Shown: positions 9,892 to 18,006 of the stretch, one piece after another
Numbering within the stretch: position 1 is the stretch's first letter
Layout of the letters: each line of letters starts with the position of its first letter
Assembly: GCA_964448445.1 (NCBI GenBank)
Contig: CAYVAU010000012.1
Span: 7,925 to 31,924 of the forward strand
DNA from: an uncultured Thermodesulfobacteriota bacterium
Lineage (GTDB): Bacteria; Desulfobacterota; B13-G15
DNA: 24,000 nucleotides
Direction of reading: 5' to 3'
The notes under the pieces: model-generated
Seen by the model: the letters and a program-made list of their open reading frames with translations, nothing else
Told to the model about the DNA's origin: nothing
Database searches by the model: none
Program-made: the position numbers and the translations under genes

Positions 9892-10405
9892 CAGGGTGAC
9901 GCTTGTTACTGGAGGGGCAAGGAGCGGAAAGAGCCGCTTTGCACAGGGGCTCGCCGCCGAGTCGGACCTTCCGGTGGTTTACCTGGCCACCGCTTCAGCC
10001 GGAGACCCCGAAATGGCCCGAAGGATCGAGGAACATCGTAGGCTTAGGCCCAGCCATTGGAGGACGGTGGAGGAGGGAAAGGACATCTTGGGAACCATCA
10101 AGGGCCTCACAACTCCCCATACGGTCCTTGTGGATTGCATAACCCTTTGGATCAGCAACCTCCTGGAGGAGGGCCTCGGGGATGAGGAGATCCTCCAAAG
10201 GGCCCGCCACCTTGCCGACTTCCTCCCCTCTTCGGGACACCGTATAATTCTGGTCACCAACGAGGTCGGATGGGGAATCGTCCCCCCCTCCCCCTTGGGG
10301 AGGCGTTTCAGGGATCTTGCCGGAAGGGTAAATCAGATCCTCGCTGAGGCTTCAGATGAGGTCTTCCTCATGGTATCGGGCCTCCCCCTGAGGATAAAGC
10401 CGTGA
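9884..10405 (+). CDS. cobU: Adenosylcobinamide kinase / adenosylcobinamide-phosphate guanylyltransferase
   Basis: MRSRVTLVTGGARSGKSRFAQGLAAE...VYLATA...DEMARRIEEHR; VLVDCITLWISNLL; TNEVGWGIVPPSPLGRRFRDLAGRVNQ. Confidence 0.94.
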   Translation: MRSRVTLVTGGARSGKSRFAQGLAAESDLPVVYLATASAGDPEMARRIEEHRRLRPSHWRTVEEGKDILGTIKGLTTPHTVLVDCITLWISNLLEEGLGDEEILQRARHLADFLPSSGHRIILVTNEVGWGIVPPSPLGRRFRDLAGRVNQILAEASDEVFLMVSGLPLRIKP

Positions 10406-11106
10406 AGGCAGTTTTCGCGGCCTTAAGTTTCATGACCATTTTGCCCGTCCCTCCAGGAGGGGCTTTTCACAAAGCCCCCGCTTTCTTTCCCCTGGTGGGG
10501 GCCATTCTTGGAACGATCCTCTGGGCGATATCCCTCCCCTTGGGTTTGCTCTGGGGGGAGGAATTTTCCGCCTTGGGGATGGTGCTGGGGCTCTCGATCC
10601 TCACCCGGGGGCTTCATCTGGATGGCCTTGCGGATTCAGTGGATGCCCTTTTAGGCCCGAGGGAAAAGGCCCTCGAGATAATGCGCGATCCCCATATCGG
10701 GACCTTTGGAACGCTGGCCATTGTGGGGGTGATCCTGGCGAAGTTCGTCCTACTGCTGAACCTCGGGAGGGACTGGCATGCCCTTTTGCTCTTTCCGACC
10801 CTCGGAAGGATGGCAGCTCTTTTGCCCATGTACAGCCTCCCCTATCTCAGGGGAGAGGGGAAGGTCAGCCCCTTTCTGCCCATGGGAAAGGGGACCCTCG
10901 GGGTGGGCCTTCTGTTTTCGCTTGCCCTGTCGTCTTTGCTCCTTTGGCCGGTAGGTGTTGTGGTTTTCGGTATTGTCCTTTTTTACGGCCTTGCTGTTTC
11001 CCTTTATTTGAAAAGGAGGCTCGGGGGGGTGACCGGTGATCTATTGGGCGCCACGGTTGAGACGGCCGAGGTGGTGTCCCTGATGACCCTGGGGGTATTG
11101 AGGTAG
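10402..11106 (+). CDS. cobS: Adenosylcobinamide-GDP ribazoletransferase (cobalamin-5'-phosphate synthase)
   Basis: FMTILPVPPG, GLHLDGLADSVDALLG..REKALEIMRDPHIGTFG, membrane-rich; overlaps cobU. Confidence 0.94.
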   Translation: MKAVFAALSFMTILPVPPGGAFHKAPAFFPLVGAILGTILWAISLPLGLLWGEEFSALGMVLGLSILTRGLHLDGLADSVDALLGPREKALEIMRDPHIGTFGTLAIVGVILAKFVLLLNLGRDWHALLLFPTLGRMAALLPMYSLPYLRGEGKVSPFLPMGKGTLGVGLLFSLALSSLLLWPVGVVVFGIVLFYGLAVSLYLKRRLGGVTGDLLGATVETAEVVSLMTLGVLR

Positions 11107-12171
11107 ATGGTTCACGGCGGCAGGGTCTTTGAGGCATCCGAGATCACCGGTTTAGGAATCGAGGAGATCTTGGATTTTTCGGCCAATCTCAATGCCTTCC
11201 TCGATCCCTCACCCCTGTGGGATCTCCTGAAGGAGCACATCCACTGGATATCCTTCTATCCCGATGCGATGAGGGCCATAAGGGCCCTCTCGAGCTTCCT
11301 GCAGGTGCCCGAGGATAACCTCTGGGTAGGCAATGGTTCGGCCGAGTTGATCTTTTCGGTCCTCAGGGCCATCAGGCCCAAGAAGGTGCTCATACCCGTT
11401 CCGACCTTTTCCGAATACGAGAGGGCTGCCCTGGCCTCGGGCTCACAGGTGGAGTTCCTGAAACTCAGGGAAGAGGACGGCTTCAGACCATCCCTTGAGG
11501 ACCTCCTCAGGGCAGGGGAGACCTCCGAGATGTTGATCCTCTGCAACCCCAACAACCCCACGGGGGTCCTCCTCAGCCAGGAGGAACTCCTCGAGCTAAT
11601 TCGGGGGCTTAAGGAAACCTGGATCCTTGTGGATGAGGCCTTTCTGCCTTTCGTCAAACCCCAAAAGAAACCTGACCTCCGCAAGGTGGCACTGCAGCAG
11701 AGGGTGATCCTGCTTAGGTCCCTCACCAAGACCTTCGCCATCCCCGGACTGAGGCTCGGCTACCTTTTGGCTCCAAAGGGGGTGATTAGCAAAATCCGAG
11801 CCACAGCACCTCCCTGGCCCATAAATACCCTTTCCCAGCTGGTGCTCGAGCGCCTGGATGAGCTTTGGCCAATTCTCGAAAAGGGTCTTGGGGAGTTCTT
11901 CGGGGAGAGGGAGAGGTTCTTTGGGAGGCTCAGCAGTTTCCTTCTGGTCTATCCTTCTGAGGCAAATTTCTTCCTGCTCAAGGTCCAGGACCCCCAACTC
12001 CCCTCAAAGCTCATGGTCAAGGGGATCCTGATACGGGGTCCCTCGGGCTTCAGGAACCTCGGTCCAGGATATCTGCGGGTTGCCATAAGGCGTCCTTGGG
12101 AAAACGAAAGGTTGATAGGGGCACTTCAGGAGGTGATCGATGGGCCTGAAGGAGATCCTTTCGCAGATTAA
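11107..12171 (+). CDS. cobD: Threonine-phosphate decarboxylase-like PLP enzyme (histidinol-phosphate aminotransferase family, CobD/CobC-like)
   Basis: IDFSANLNAF..., WVGNGSAELIF, LCNPNNPTGVLLS, RSLTKTFAIPGLRLGYLLAP; located inside the cobalamin cluster; short separation from cobS. Codon at 11107 taken from the supplied ORF track. Confidence 0.82.
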   Translation: MVHGGRVFEASEITGLGIEEILDFSANLNAFLDPSPLWDLLKEHIHWISFYPDAMRAIRALSSFLQVPEDNLWVGNGSAELIFSVLRAIRPKKVLIPVPTFSEYERAALASGSQVEFLKLREEDGFRPSLEDLLRAGETSEMLILCNPNNPTGVLLSQEELLELIRGLKETWILVDEAFLPFVKPQKKPDLRKVALQQRVILLRSLTKTFAIPGLRLGYLLAPKGVISKIRATAPPWPINTLSQLVLERLDELWPILEKGLGEFFGERERFFGRLSSFLLVYPSEANFFLLKVQDPQLPSKLMVKGILIRGPSGFRNLGPGYLRVAIRRPWENERLIGALQEVIDGPEGDPFAD

Positions 12172-13210
12172 GCCCCTTAATAGGGAAGCCATTCAGGAGG
12201 CCAAGAGGCGGACCGAGGATCTGCTCATGCCCCGCCTGGCCCTGGGCAGGCTTCATGAAATCTCCTGGCAGGTGGCCGGGATAACCGGGAAGATCCCCAA
12301 GGCCCTGCCTAAGAAGGTGGTCATGGTGGGTGCGGGAGATCACGGGGTGGCAGAGGAAGGGGTGAGCCTCTTTCCCCAAGAAGTGACTAGGCAGATGGTC
12401 CTTTCCTTTATCAGGGGCTGGGCAGCCATAAACGTGATCGCAAGATATGTAGGGGCAAGGGTCATCGTGGTGGACTTTGGCGTCAAGGGTCCTCCCGACC
12501 CCGAATGGATCAACGCCAGGGGGCGCTTTTATTCCATGAAGGTGAGGGAGGGAACCTCCAACATCGCCAGAGGTCCGGCCATGTCCCTGCGAGAGGCCGA
12601 AGAGGTCGTCCTTAAGGGAATCGAGGTCTTTGAGCGGGAGGCCGAAAAGGGGATCGACATCATAGCCACGGGCGACATGGGCATTGCGAATACCACCGCT
12701 TCAGCAGCAGTAATCTGCGCCATAACGGGCTTGGATCCCCACGAGGTAGTGGGGAGGGGCACAGGGCTCGATGACCGGGCCTTGGAGCACAAGATCTCGG
12801 TGGTTAAGCGGGCCCTGGAGGTCAACAGGCCCAACCCCCGCGATGCCCTCGATGTGCTGAGCAAGGTCGGTGGGCTCGAAATAGGGGGCATATGCGGGTG
12901 GATCATCGGAGGGGCAAGGGCAAGGGTCCCCGTCGTGGTCGATGGCTTCATCTCTACAGCTGGGGCCCTTTTAGCCGTAACCCTTGAGCCGAAGGTGAAG
13001 GATTACCTCTTTGCAGGCCATTGCTCCGCGGAGAAGGGCCACAGGAAGGTCCTTCAGTACCTGGGCCTTGAGCCCATTCTCGATCTGCAGATGAGGCTTG
13101 GCGAAGGAACCGGTGCGTGCCTGGCCCTGGAGATCGTGGAGGCGTCGGTGAAGATTCTGGCCGAAATGGCGACCTTCGAGGATGCTGGGGTGAGCAAGGC
13201 CCTAAAATAG
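12140..13210 (+). CDS. cobT: Nicotinate-nucleotide--dimethylbenzimidazole phosphoribosyltransferase
   Basis: GAGDHGVAEEGVSLFPQEVTRQMV, RGTSNIARGPAMS, ATGDMGIANTTASAAV, GRGTGLDD, FAGHCSAEKGH, LGEGTG motifs. Confidence 0.95.
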   Translation: MGLKEILSQIKPLNREAIQEAKRRTEDLLMPRLALGRLHEISWQVAGITGKIPKALPKKVVMVGAGDHGVAEEGVSLFPQEVTRQMVLSFIRGWAAINVIARYVGARVIVVDFGVKGPPDPEWINARGRFYSMKVREGTSNIARGPAMSLREAEEVVLKGIEVFEREAEKGIDIIATGDMGIANTTASAAVICAITGLDPHEVVGRGTGLDDRALEHKISVVKRALEVNRPNPRDALDVLSKVGGLEIGGICGWIIGGARARVPVVVDGFISTAGALLAVTLEPKVKDYLFAGHCSAEKGHRKVLQYLGLEPILDLQMRLGEGTGACLALEIVEASVKILAEMATFEDAGVSKALK

Positions 13211-14152
13211 CAGTGCCAACAGGGAGGCCAGGGCCAGAAATGAAAAGGATGTTCCATAACTCAACCTTATGGCCCGCAGGATGTCCTGAGGGGAAGGCTT
13301 CTCCCCGTCCCCTATGAAAGGGAGGTCGTGGACCACACCCCGATATTTCGTGGGTCCCCCGAGCCTGACTCCAAGGGCCCCGGCGAAGGCCGCTTCGGGA
13401 TAGCCTGAATTGGGGCTTGGGGTCTTATTGTGATCCCTGAGCACCACTGAAAGGGCCCCTTTAGGATCCATCCCCAAAAGGAGGGCAGAGAGGGGGACCA
13501 GAAATACGCAGAACCTTGCCGGGAGGAGATTGAAGAGGTCATCGGCCTTTGCCGAAAACCACCCAAAGGATCGATAGGGCCCGCACTTATACCCGAGCAT
13601 GGAATCGAGGGTGCTAATGGCTTTAAAGGCCATGGCCAGGGGTGCCCCTCCCAGCATGGCGTAGAACAAGGGCGTCAGAACTCCATCTACGGTGTTTTCG
13701 GCCACCGACTCAACGTCACCTCTGCACACCTCCCTTGGAGGGAGGTCATCGGTATCCCGGGATACAATCCTGGAGAGCCTTTCTCTGGCCTTCGGGAGGT
13801 CCCCTTCCTTTAAAGCGTCATAGACCCCCCTTGCCTCTCGATCCAAATCCCTCAGGGCCAGGGTGGTCCAGAGCAACACCACCTCCACTGCAGCCCCAAA
13901 CCCGGGAGAGATCCCCGCACACCCCCTGATCAATGCCCAGCTCCCGAAAAAGGAGAACCCAACAACTAGGATCCATAAGATGGCCCCTCCCATACGGCTT
14001 GGCATTGCAGGCAAAAGGAGGCTTTCAAGCCCCTTGGTAAGCCACCCCATAATCCTCACGGGATGGGGGAACCACCTCGGGTCGCCCAGGATCAGATCCA
14101 AGCCAAAGGCGAGGACCACAAGATGCCACTTCCCCAAGAACTCAATTCCCAA
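13202..14152 (-). CDS. cbiB: Adenosylcobinamide-phosphate synthase CbiB/CobD family
   Basis: DLILGDPRWFPHPVRIMGW, RIVSRDT, ESVAENTVDGVLTPLFYAMLGG, KAISTLDSMLGYK, NSGYPEAAFAGALGVRLGG; convergent with cobT, overlap 9 bp. Confidence 0.95.
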   Translation of the reverse strand: MGIEFLGKWHLVVLAFGLDLILGDPRWFPHPVRIMGWLTKGLESLLLPAMPSRMGGAILWILVVGFSFFGSWALIRGCAGISPGFGAAVEVVLLWTTLALRDLDREARGVYDALKEGDLPKARERLSRIVSRDTDDLPPREVCRGDVESVAENTVDGVLTPLFYAMLGGAPLAMAFKAISTLDSMLGYKCGPYRSFGWFSAKADDLFNLLPARFCVFLVPLSALLLGMDPKGALSVVLRDHNKTPSPNSGYPEAAFAGALGVRLGGPTKYRGVVHDLPFIGDGEKPSPQDILRAIRLSYGTSFSFLALASLLALLF

Positions 14153-14224
14153 TTTTTCAAACTCTATTTTGAAAAATCCCGCGTTTAACTTGACATTGTT
14201 TGAATTCCGGAAAACAATTTCTAC

Positions 14225-14812
14225 ATGAAACTGGGTATAAAGTTAAGTAACAGGATACTGTCCCTTGCCTTGAAGGAGCTGGTGCTTTCGGCTTTGCCTT
14301 TCGGGTGGAAGGCCTATGAAGGTGATGGTGTGCCCGGGGATGTCGATGTGTTGGTTGTGGATTATCCTGTCCTTTCGTCGGGCAGGGTGTCGGCCTTCAG
14401 GGGGGCTAAGGTCTTGGTCCTTGATACAGGTCTCAGCATGGCGGAAAAAAGAGGCTGTTTTCTCCTTCATGGTGTAAAGGGAGTGGTCCAGCGGGATGCC
14501 GCTTTACCCTTGTTCATTAAGGCCTTGGACAGGGTCAATAAGGGTGAACTGTGGATCGATCAGGAGACCCTAAAGGAGGTGGTCAAGGTTTCCAGGAACG
14601 GGCGCATGGTCCCCAAGGGGGTTACACCAAGGGAAAGGGATGTTCTCTTTTTGGTCTGTAAGGGTTACACCAATAAGGAGATCGCTTCGGAACTCGGCAT
14701 CAGCCTTTCGACGGTAAAGAGCATCCTGGGGAATCTCTATCGCAAGTTCAATGTGTCGGGGCGTTCGATGCTTCAGGCCACTGTGACCCGAGGGCAGCTC
14801 CTCACCCTCTAA
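14225..14812 (+). CDS. LuxR/FixJ-type transcriptional regulator with a degenerate receiver-like N-terminus (CsgD-like layout)
   Basis: C-terminal LTxRExxVLxLxxxGxxNKEIA pattern: VTPRERDVLFLVCKGYTNKEIASELGISLSTVKSILGNLYRKFNVSGR; N-terminus VDVLVVDYPVLSSGRV...KVLVLDTGLS lacks a clear acidic phospho-acceptor pocket. Confidence 0.85.
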   Translation: MKLGIKLSNRILSLALKELVLSALPFGWKAYEGDGVPGDVDVLVVDYPVLSSGRVSAFRGAKVLVLDTGLSMAEKRGCFLLHGVKGVVQRDAALPLFIKALDRVNKGELWIDQETLKEVVKVSRNGRMVPKGVTPRERDVLFLVCKGYTNKEIASELGISLSTVKSILGNLYRKFNVSGRSMLQATVTRGQLLTL

Positions 14813-15342
14813 GGGGCCTTTAAGGTGAGGGATTGGAGGTTCCTGAAGACCCCGAGGGTCAATCCCCCCATTGGATAGAGGTAAAGTTTGAGACCCGACT
14901 TTCCGGTCCCGGAGATCGTCACCCTTTGGGCCGTATCCTCTGTGATTTCGACCTGGACTCTATTGGCCTTAAAGCCCTCTATCCAGCTCCGCTTCTCCCC
15001 CTCAAGATCGTTCTGGACCAGGTAAACGGCCATATGGTAGACGGTGCAGCGGTCATCCCCTACGGAGGTGATAAGCAGGGAGTGCTGCACCTTGTCCGGT
15101 GTTTGGAAATCGACGGCGAGGCTTCCGGTTGCCCTGTCAAAGGTGGCATACCAGGGGACCCCCTTTGGGACCCTCTGATCGAGGACCAAACGGCAGAGGG
15201 GGTTCATCCCGTTAACTATCTCCGGGGAGAAGCCCTTCTCAAGGAGGGATTCCTCGGGGCCACCCCTAGCATTCCCTGAGGTCAAAAGGGAGAGAATCAG
15301 GGCAAAGAGGATGAGCCTCGCCTTTCCCATTACAGTCCCCAC
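14809..15342 (-). CDS. Hypothetical secreted protein, last gene of the Fap-like cluster
   Basis: 177 aa with signal peptide (MGTVMGKARLILFALILSLLTSGNARG); two cysteines (PLCRLV, DRCTVY); no family recognised. Confidence 0.6.
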   Translation of the reverse strand: MGTVMGKARLILFALILSLLTSGNARGGPEESLLEKGFSPEIVNGMNPLCRLVLDQRVPKGVPWYATFDRATGSLAVDFQTPDKVQHSLLITSVGDDRCTVYHMAVYLVQNDLEGEKRSWIEGFKANRVQVEITEDTAQRVTISGTGKSGLKLYLYPMGGLTLGVFRNLQSLTLKAP

Positions 15343-15782
15343 GGCAGTGACCTTATGATCTCCTCCACGCCCAGCTGCGTGACCTGGATTATGCTGATGT
15401 TGATGATTAGGTCCGTATCGATGATATTGTTGGACCCTGGAACTTGCACAATCTGGAAGACCCCCCTCGCCCCATAAAATCCTCCTACAGAGGCCTCAAT
15501 CCTCACATTGGACGGAAGGGAGGGGGCAGAGGCGGGTTCTCCTTGGGTCTCGTAGAAGGAATTCCCCAGGGTGTCCCAGTATCCCTCAAAGACGACCGAA
15601 AAGCTCATCCCCATGTACGCACCCCTCATTTCGTCCAGCTCCCCCTCGTCGACGGCCTGAGCGACCACCTCTTCTCCCAGAAAGATCGCCTCTTCAAAGA
15701 TTCGGGGGGAGGAGGCGCGAACTGAGCCAGCCACAAGCATCACCGCCAGCAATGCTCCTATGATCAACAGACAGCCTTTCAT
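15330..15782 (-). CDS. Small secreted protein with a double-glycine-like motif (VDEGELDEMRGA), Fap-like cluster
   Basis: Start MKGCLLIIGALLAVMLVAGSVRA at 15782 preceded by AGGAGG; the longer ORF to 15899 overlaps the upstream gene; motif at residues 44-55. Confidence 0.65.
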   Translation of the reverse strand: MKGCLLIIGALLAVMLVAGSVRASSPRIFEEAIFLGEEVVAQAVDEGELDEMRGAYMGMSFSVVFEGYWDTLGNSFYETQGEPASAPSLPSNVRIEASVGGFYGARGVFQIVQVPGSNNIIDTDLIINISIIQVTQLGVEEIIRSLPWGL

Positions 15783-15798
15783 TTTTACCTCCTTCCTC

Positions 15799-16479
15799 TC
15801 AAAACTCACCTGGCGGTCTGAAGGAGCCCCAAGCCCCTGTCCAGTCCATAAGCCCCTTCCATTGGGCCTGCATGATCGGGGCCTTTGGGCGCGTTTCAAG
15901 GGGAAGGGGCGTTGTGGGGGCCTTCTTGTAGACGACGAAAATGACCCCGTTCCATCCCTTCAGGAACTCCTCCATCCTGAGACTCCTGTTCCCCACCGCT
16001 GGATCAGCCAGAAAGACCCTGTTGCTATCTGTACCCTTGAGGACGACAAAGTGCTTGTAACCCCGGGTGTTGAGCAATACGATCACGGGGATCTTGATCT
16101 TTGGGAGATCCTTGGCCTTAATTCTGTAACCGTTGGCCACAAATCCCTTGGAGGATGCGTATCGTTTGAGATCGAGAAGGGAGAATCCCTTCTTGCGGAT
16201 CTTTTCGCGATCCCCTATCTCAAGCATCTCCTTTACGATCTCCCGCTCGGATACCTCCTGGCCGTAGTAATACTTGATGATGGTAGCAAGGGAGGCGGCC
16301 CCACAGCTGAAATCGTAACGCTGGGGGACCACCTTCCTGAACCTGGCCTCCCGCAACGAAACTACTTCCTTCCTCAGATACCCGCCGAAGGGACCCCGAA
16401 CCTTGAGGGATGCCGGATATCCTCCAAAGGGAAGAAGTGCAAGGAAGAGGACTACCGCTGATATCCGGACTCCCCACAT
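15799..16479 (-). CDS. Sec-exported stand-alone C39-family cysteine peptidase (FapD-like)
   Basis: Signal peptide MWGVRISAVVLFLALLPFGG; catalytic set Q/C in VVPQRYDFSCGAASLATIIKYYYG, H in GYKHFVVLKG, D in VFLADPAVG; no ABC or TM exporter domain. ATG at 16479 (TGATG overlap with upstream stop) with AGGAGG upstream; GTG at 16482 is an alternative. Confidence 0.88.
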   Translation of the reverse strand: MWGVRISAVVLFLALLPFGGYPASLKVRGPFGGYLRKEVVSLREARFRKVVPQRYDFSCGAASLATIIKYYYGQEVSEREIVKEMLEIGDREKIRKKGFSLLDLKRYASSKGFVANGYRIKAKDLPKIKIPVIVLLNTRGYKHFVVLKGTDSNRVFLADPAVGNRSLRMEEFLKGWNGVIFVVYKKAPTTPLPLETRPKAPIMQAQWKGLMDWTGAWGSFRPPGEF

Positions 16480-17093
16480 CACCTGACCTCCTGCCGCAGC
16501 GAAATCCCCAGCCGGTTGCAGATGGAGTTGTTGTTCCCCGAGGACTGACTGAGGATCCCCACCCCAGAAGCCCCGACGAAGGAATCGGCAATGATATCTT
16601 CCCTCATCCCTCCCCCTTCCGCTACCTGCCCTCGGAGCAGGCGGGGGCTCTCCCTCTCGAGCTCCCTTTCGCTGAGGAGGAGCACCCCTCCTATGGAGCA
16701 GAACATGAAGTTTGACTGATCGTTGAGGTTTCCCGATGATTGATTGACCATAAAGATCCCCTGGGATCCCGAAAAGGACCCGATGATGGAATCCCGGCTC
16801 TGGGAGTTCAGGATCGAGGCGGTGGAACGATCGCGTTGTTGCCGAAGGAAGGCCTCGAGTTCCACAGCCCCCCCTGTCAGGGAGAACAGCAGAAGATTTG
16901 CCTGGTTGTTGAGGGATCCGGAGGCCTGATTGAGGGTGTAAAGACCTTGGTTTTCCGTAAAGGAAAATTGAACCAATGTGCTGCTGGAGGTGTCCGAGGA
17001 GAGGATGAAAGAAGAAGTTTCGAGGCCACTGGAGAGGGCATCCGCTGCCACTGCCACCGATATCACCATTATGAGAATCGCCACCTTGAACAC
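16479..17093 (-). CDS. Secreted three-repeat protein, divergent Fap-type amyloid/minor subunit-like (position and cysteines reminiscent of FapE)
   Basis: GTG start at 17093 with AAGGAGG upstream; repeats ENQGLYTLNQASGSLNNQANLL, GSQGIFMVNQSSGNLNDQSNFM, ASGVGILSQSSGNNNSICNRL. Confidence 0.75.
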   Translation of the reverse strand: MFKVAILIMVISVAVAADALSSGLETSSFILSSDTSSSTLVQFSFTENQGLYTLNQASGSLNNQANLLLFSLTGGAVELEAFLRQQRDRSTASILNSQSRDSIIGSFSGSQGIFMVNQSSGNLNDQSNFMFCSIGGVLLLSERELERESPRLLRGQVAEGGGMREDIIADSFVGASGVGILSQSSGNNNSICNRLGISLRQEVR

Positions 17094-17109
17094 CCTTTGC
17101 CTCCTTAGG

Positions 17110-17143
17110 AAAGGGCGGACAGGAGGGATCCTGTCCGCCCTTT
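17110..17143 (-). terminator. Strong intergenic hairpin (possible attenuator / partial terminator / mRNA 3' stabiliser)
   Basis: Perfect 15-bp stem AAAGGGCGGACAGGA / TCCTGTCCGCCCTTT with 4-nt loop GGGA; starts about 10 nt after the stop codon of the upstream repeat-protein gene; short TTT tract only. Confidence 0.6.
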
Positions 17144-17152
17144 GTGGTTAAC

Positions 17153-17983
17153 TTACCTGGCCCCCATTTCTATGACACTGGGGACGCTCGCCGAGATGCT
17201 GATGATATTGGACTGGTTGTTCATGTTGCCTGAGGACTGGTTGACGTTGACGACGCCGACATTCCCGTTGATAGAGTTGGCGATCGAGTCAAGCCTGACG
17301 GTGCCCCACTCGTAGACCGTATTGCCGGTGCTGCTCTGCCCGAGATCCGCCTCAGATAGCGCCACCAGGGCCTCGCTGGCAACGGCCAGAACTATCTGAT
17401 TTGCCTGGTTGTTCATGTTGCCAACTGACTGATTTACGTTCACAATACCCATGTTATCCAGGATGGAGCCCGAGATCAGGGATTTCTTCTGTGGACCAGC
17501 AGTGTAGTCTTCCACAGCGTCCACGGAATTTCCTCCGTTTACCTGCTGCATCGATGCTTGGGAGTTGGCAAAACCGAGTACCCCTTCACCCTCGGACCAA
17601 GAGATGGCCGCGCTGATGAGGTTTGCCTGGTTGATGGAGTTGCCCACTTCCTGGTTTAGGTTGACGATGCCGGTGTTGGTGTTGACCGAGTCGCTGAGCG
17701 TGGCGGTCCTGTAGATCATGTCATACTGAGGTTTAAATTCATTAGAATACCTCGATACCGTATTTTCGGTTGCGGACTGATTGAGGAGGCTGCTGGCCTC
17801 AGCTCCTTGGTTGCCTTCAACGGCTATATCGACCTTGACCCTGACCCCTTTGTTGATCCTGACCTTCTCGTTGACCGTGACGCTCTTTGTCTTTTCCACC
17901 GTCCCGGTGACATCCAAATCGGCGAGGGCATAGCCCACCGCCCCGAGGAGAAATATTGCTGTAAGTGCCAAAATCTTTTTCAT
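17153..17983 (-). CDS. Secreted three-repeat functional-amyloid-like subunit B (Fap-type)
   Basis: 276 aa, signal peptide MKKILALTAIFLLGAVGYALA; repeats GIVNLNQEVGNSINQANLI, GIVNVNQSVGNMNNQANQI, GVVNVNQSSGNMNNQSNII; paralogous to 18007..18819; AAAAGGAGG upstream. Confidence 0.82.
   Translation of the reverse strand: MKKILALTAIFLLGAVGYALADLDVTGTVEKTKSVTVNEKVRINKGVRVKVDIAVEGNQGAEASSLLNQSATENTVSRYSNEFKPQYDMIYRTATLSDSVNTNTGIVNLNQEVGNSINQANLISAAISWSEGEGVLGFANSQASMQQVNGGNSVDAVEDYTAGPQKKSLISGSILDNMGIVNVNQSVGNMNNQANQIVLAVASEALVALSEADLGQSSTGNTVYEWGTVRLDSIANSINGNVGVVNVNQSSGNMNNQSNIISISASVPSVIEMGAR
17201..17278 (-). repeat. Subunit B, protein repeat 3 (NSINGNVGVVNVNQSSGNMNNQSNII)
   Basis: Residues 236-261 of the 276 aa product. 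Confidence 0.8.
17393..17470 (-). repeat. Subunit B, protein repeat 2 (GSILDNMGIVNVNQSVGNMNNQANQI)
   Basis: Residues 172-197. Confidence 0.8.
17615..17692 (-). repeat. Subunit B, protein repeat 1 (DSVNTNTGIVNLNQEVGNSINQANLI)
   Basis: Residues 98-123. Confidence 0.8.
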
Positions 17984-18006
17984 CTTTTACACCTCCTTTT
18001 AGGTTT

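Noticed and set aside
14190-14218. TTGACA-N17-AACAAT plus TTGTTT...AAACAA palindrome upstream of the LuxR-type gene
   Set aside because: Good -35 but poor -10 and too close to the start codon; palindrome arms are short.
15760-16461. 233 aa plus-strand ORF antisense to the C39 peptidase
   Set aside because: Shadow ORF; the minus frame has signal peptide, Cys/His/Asp motif and coupled ribosome-binding site.
15799-16479. Bacteriocin maturation/export cluster based on the C39 domain and double-glycine-like motifs
   Set aside because: No ABC transporter domain, no membrane-fusion protein, and the candidate substrates have Sec signal peptides. Kept only as a mechanistic analogy.
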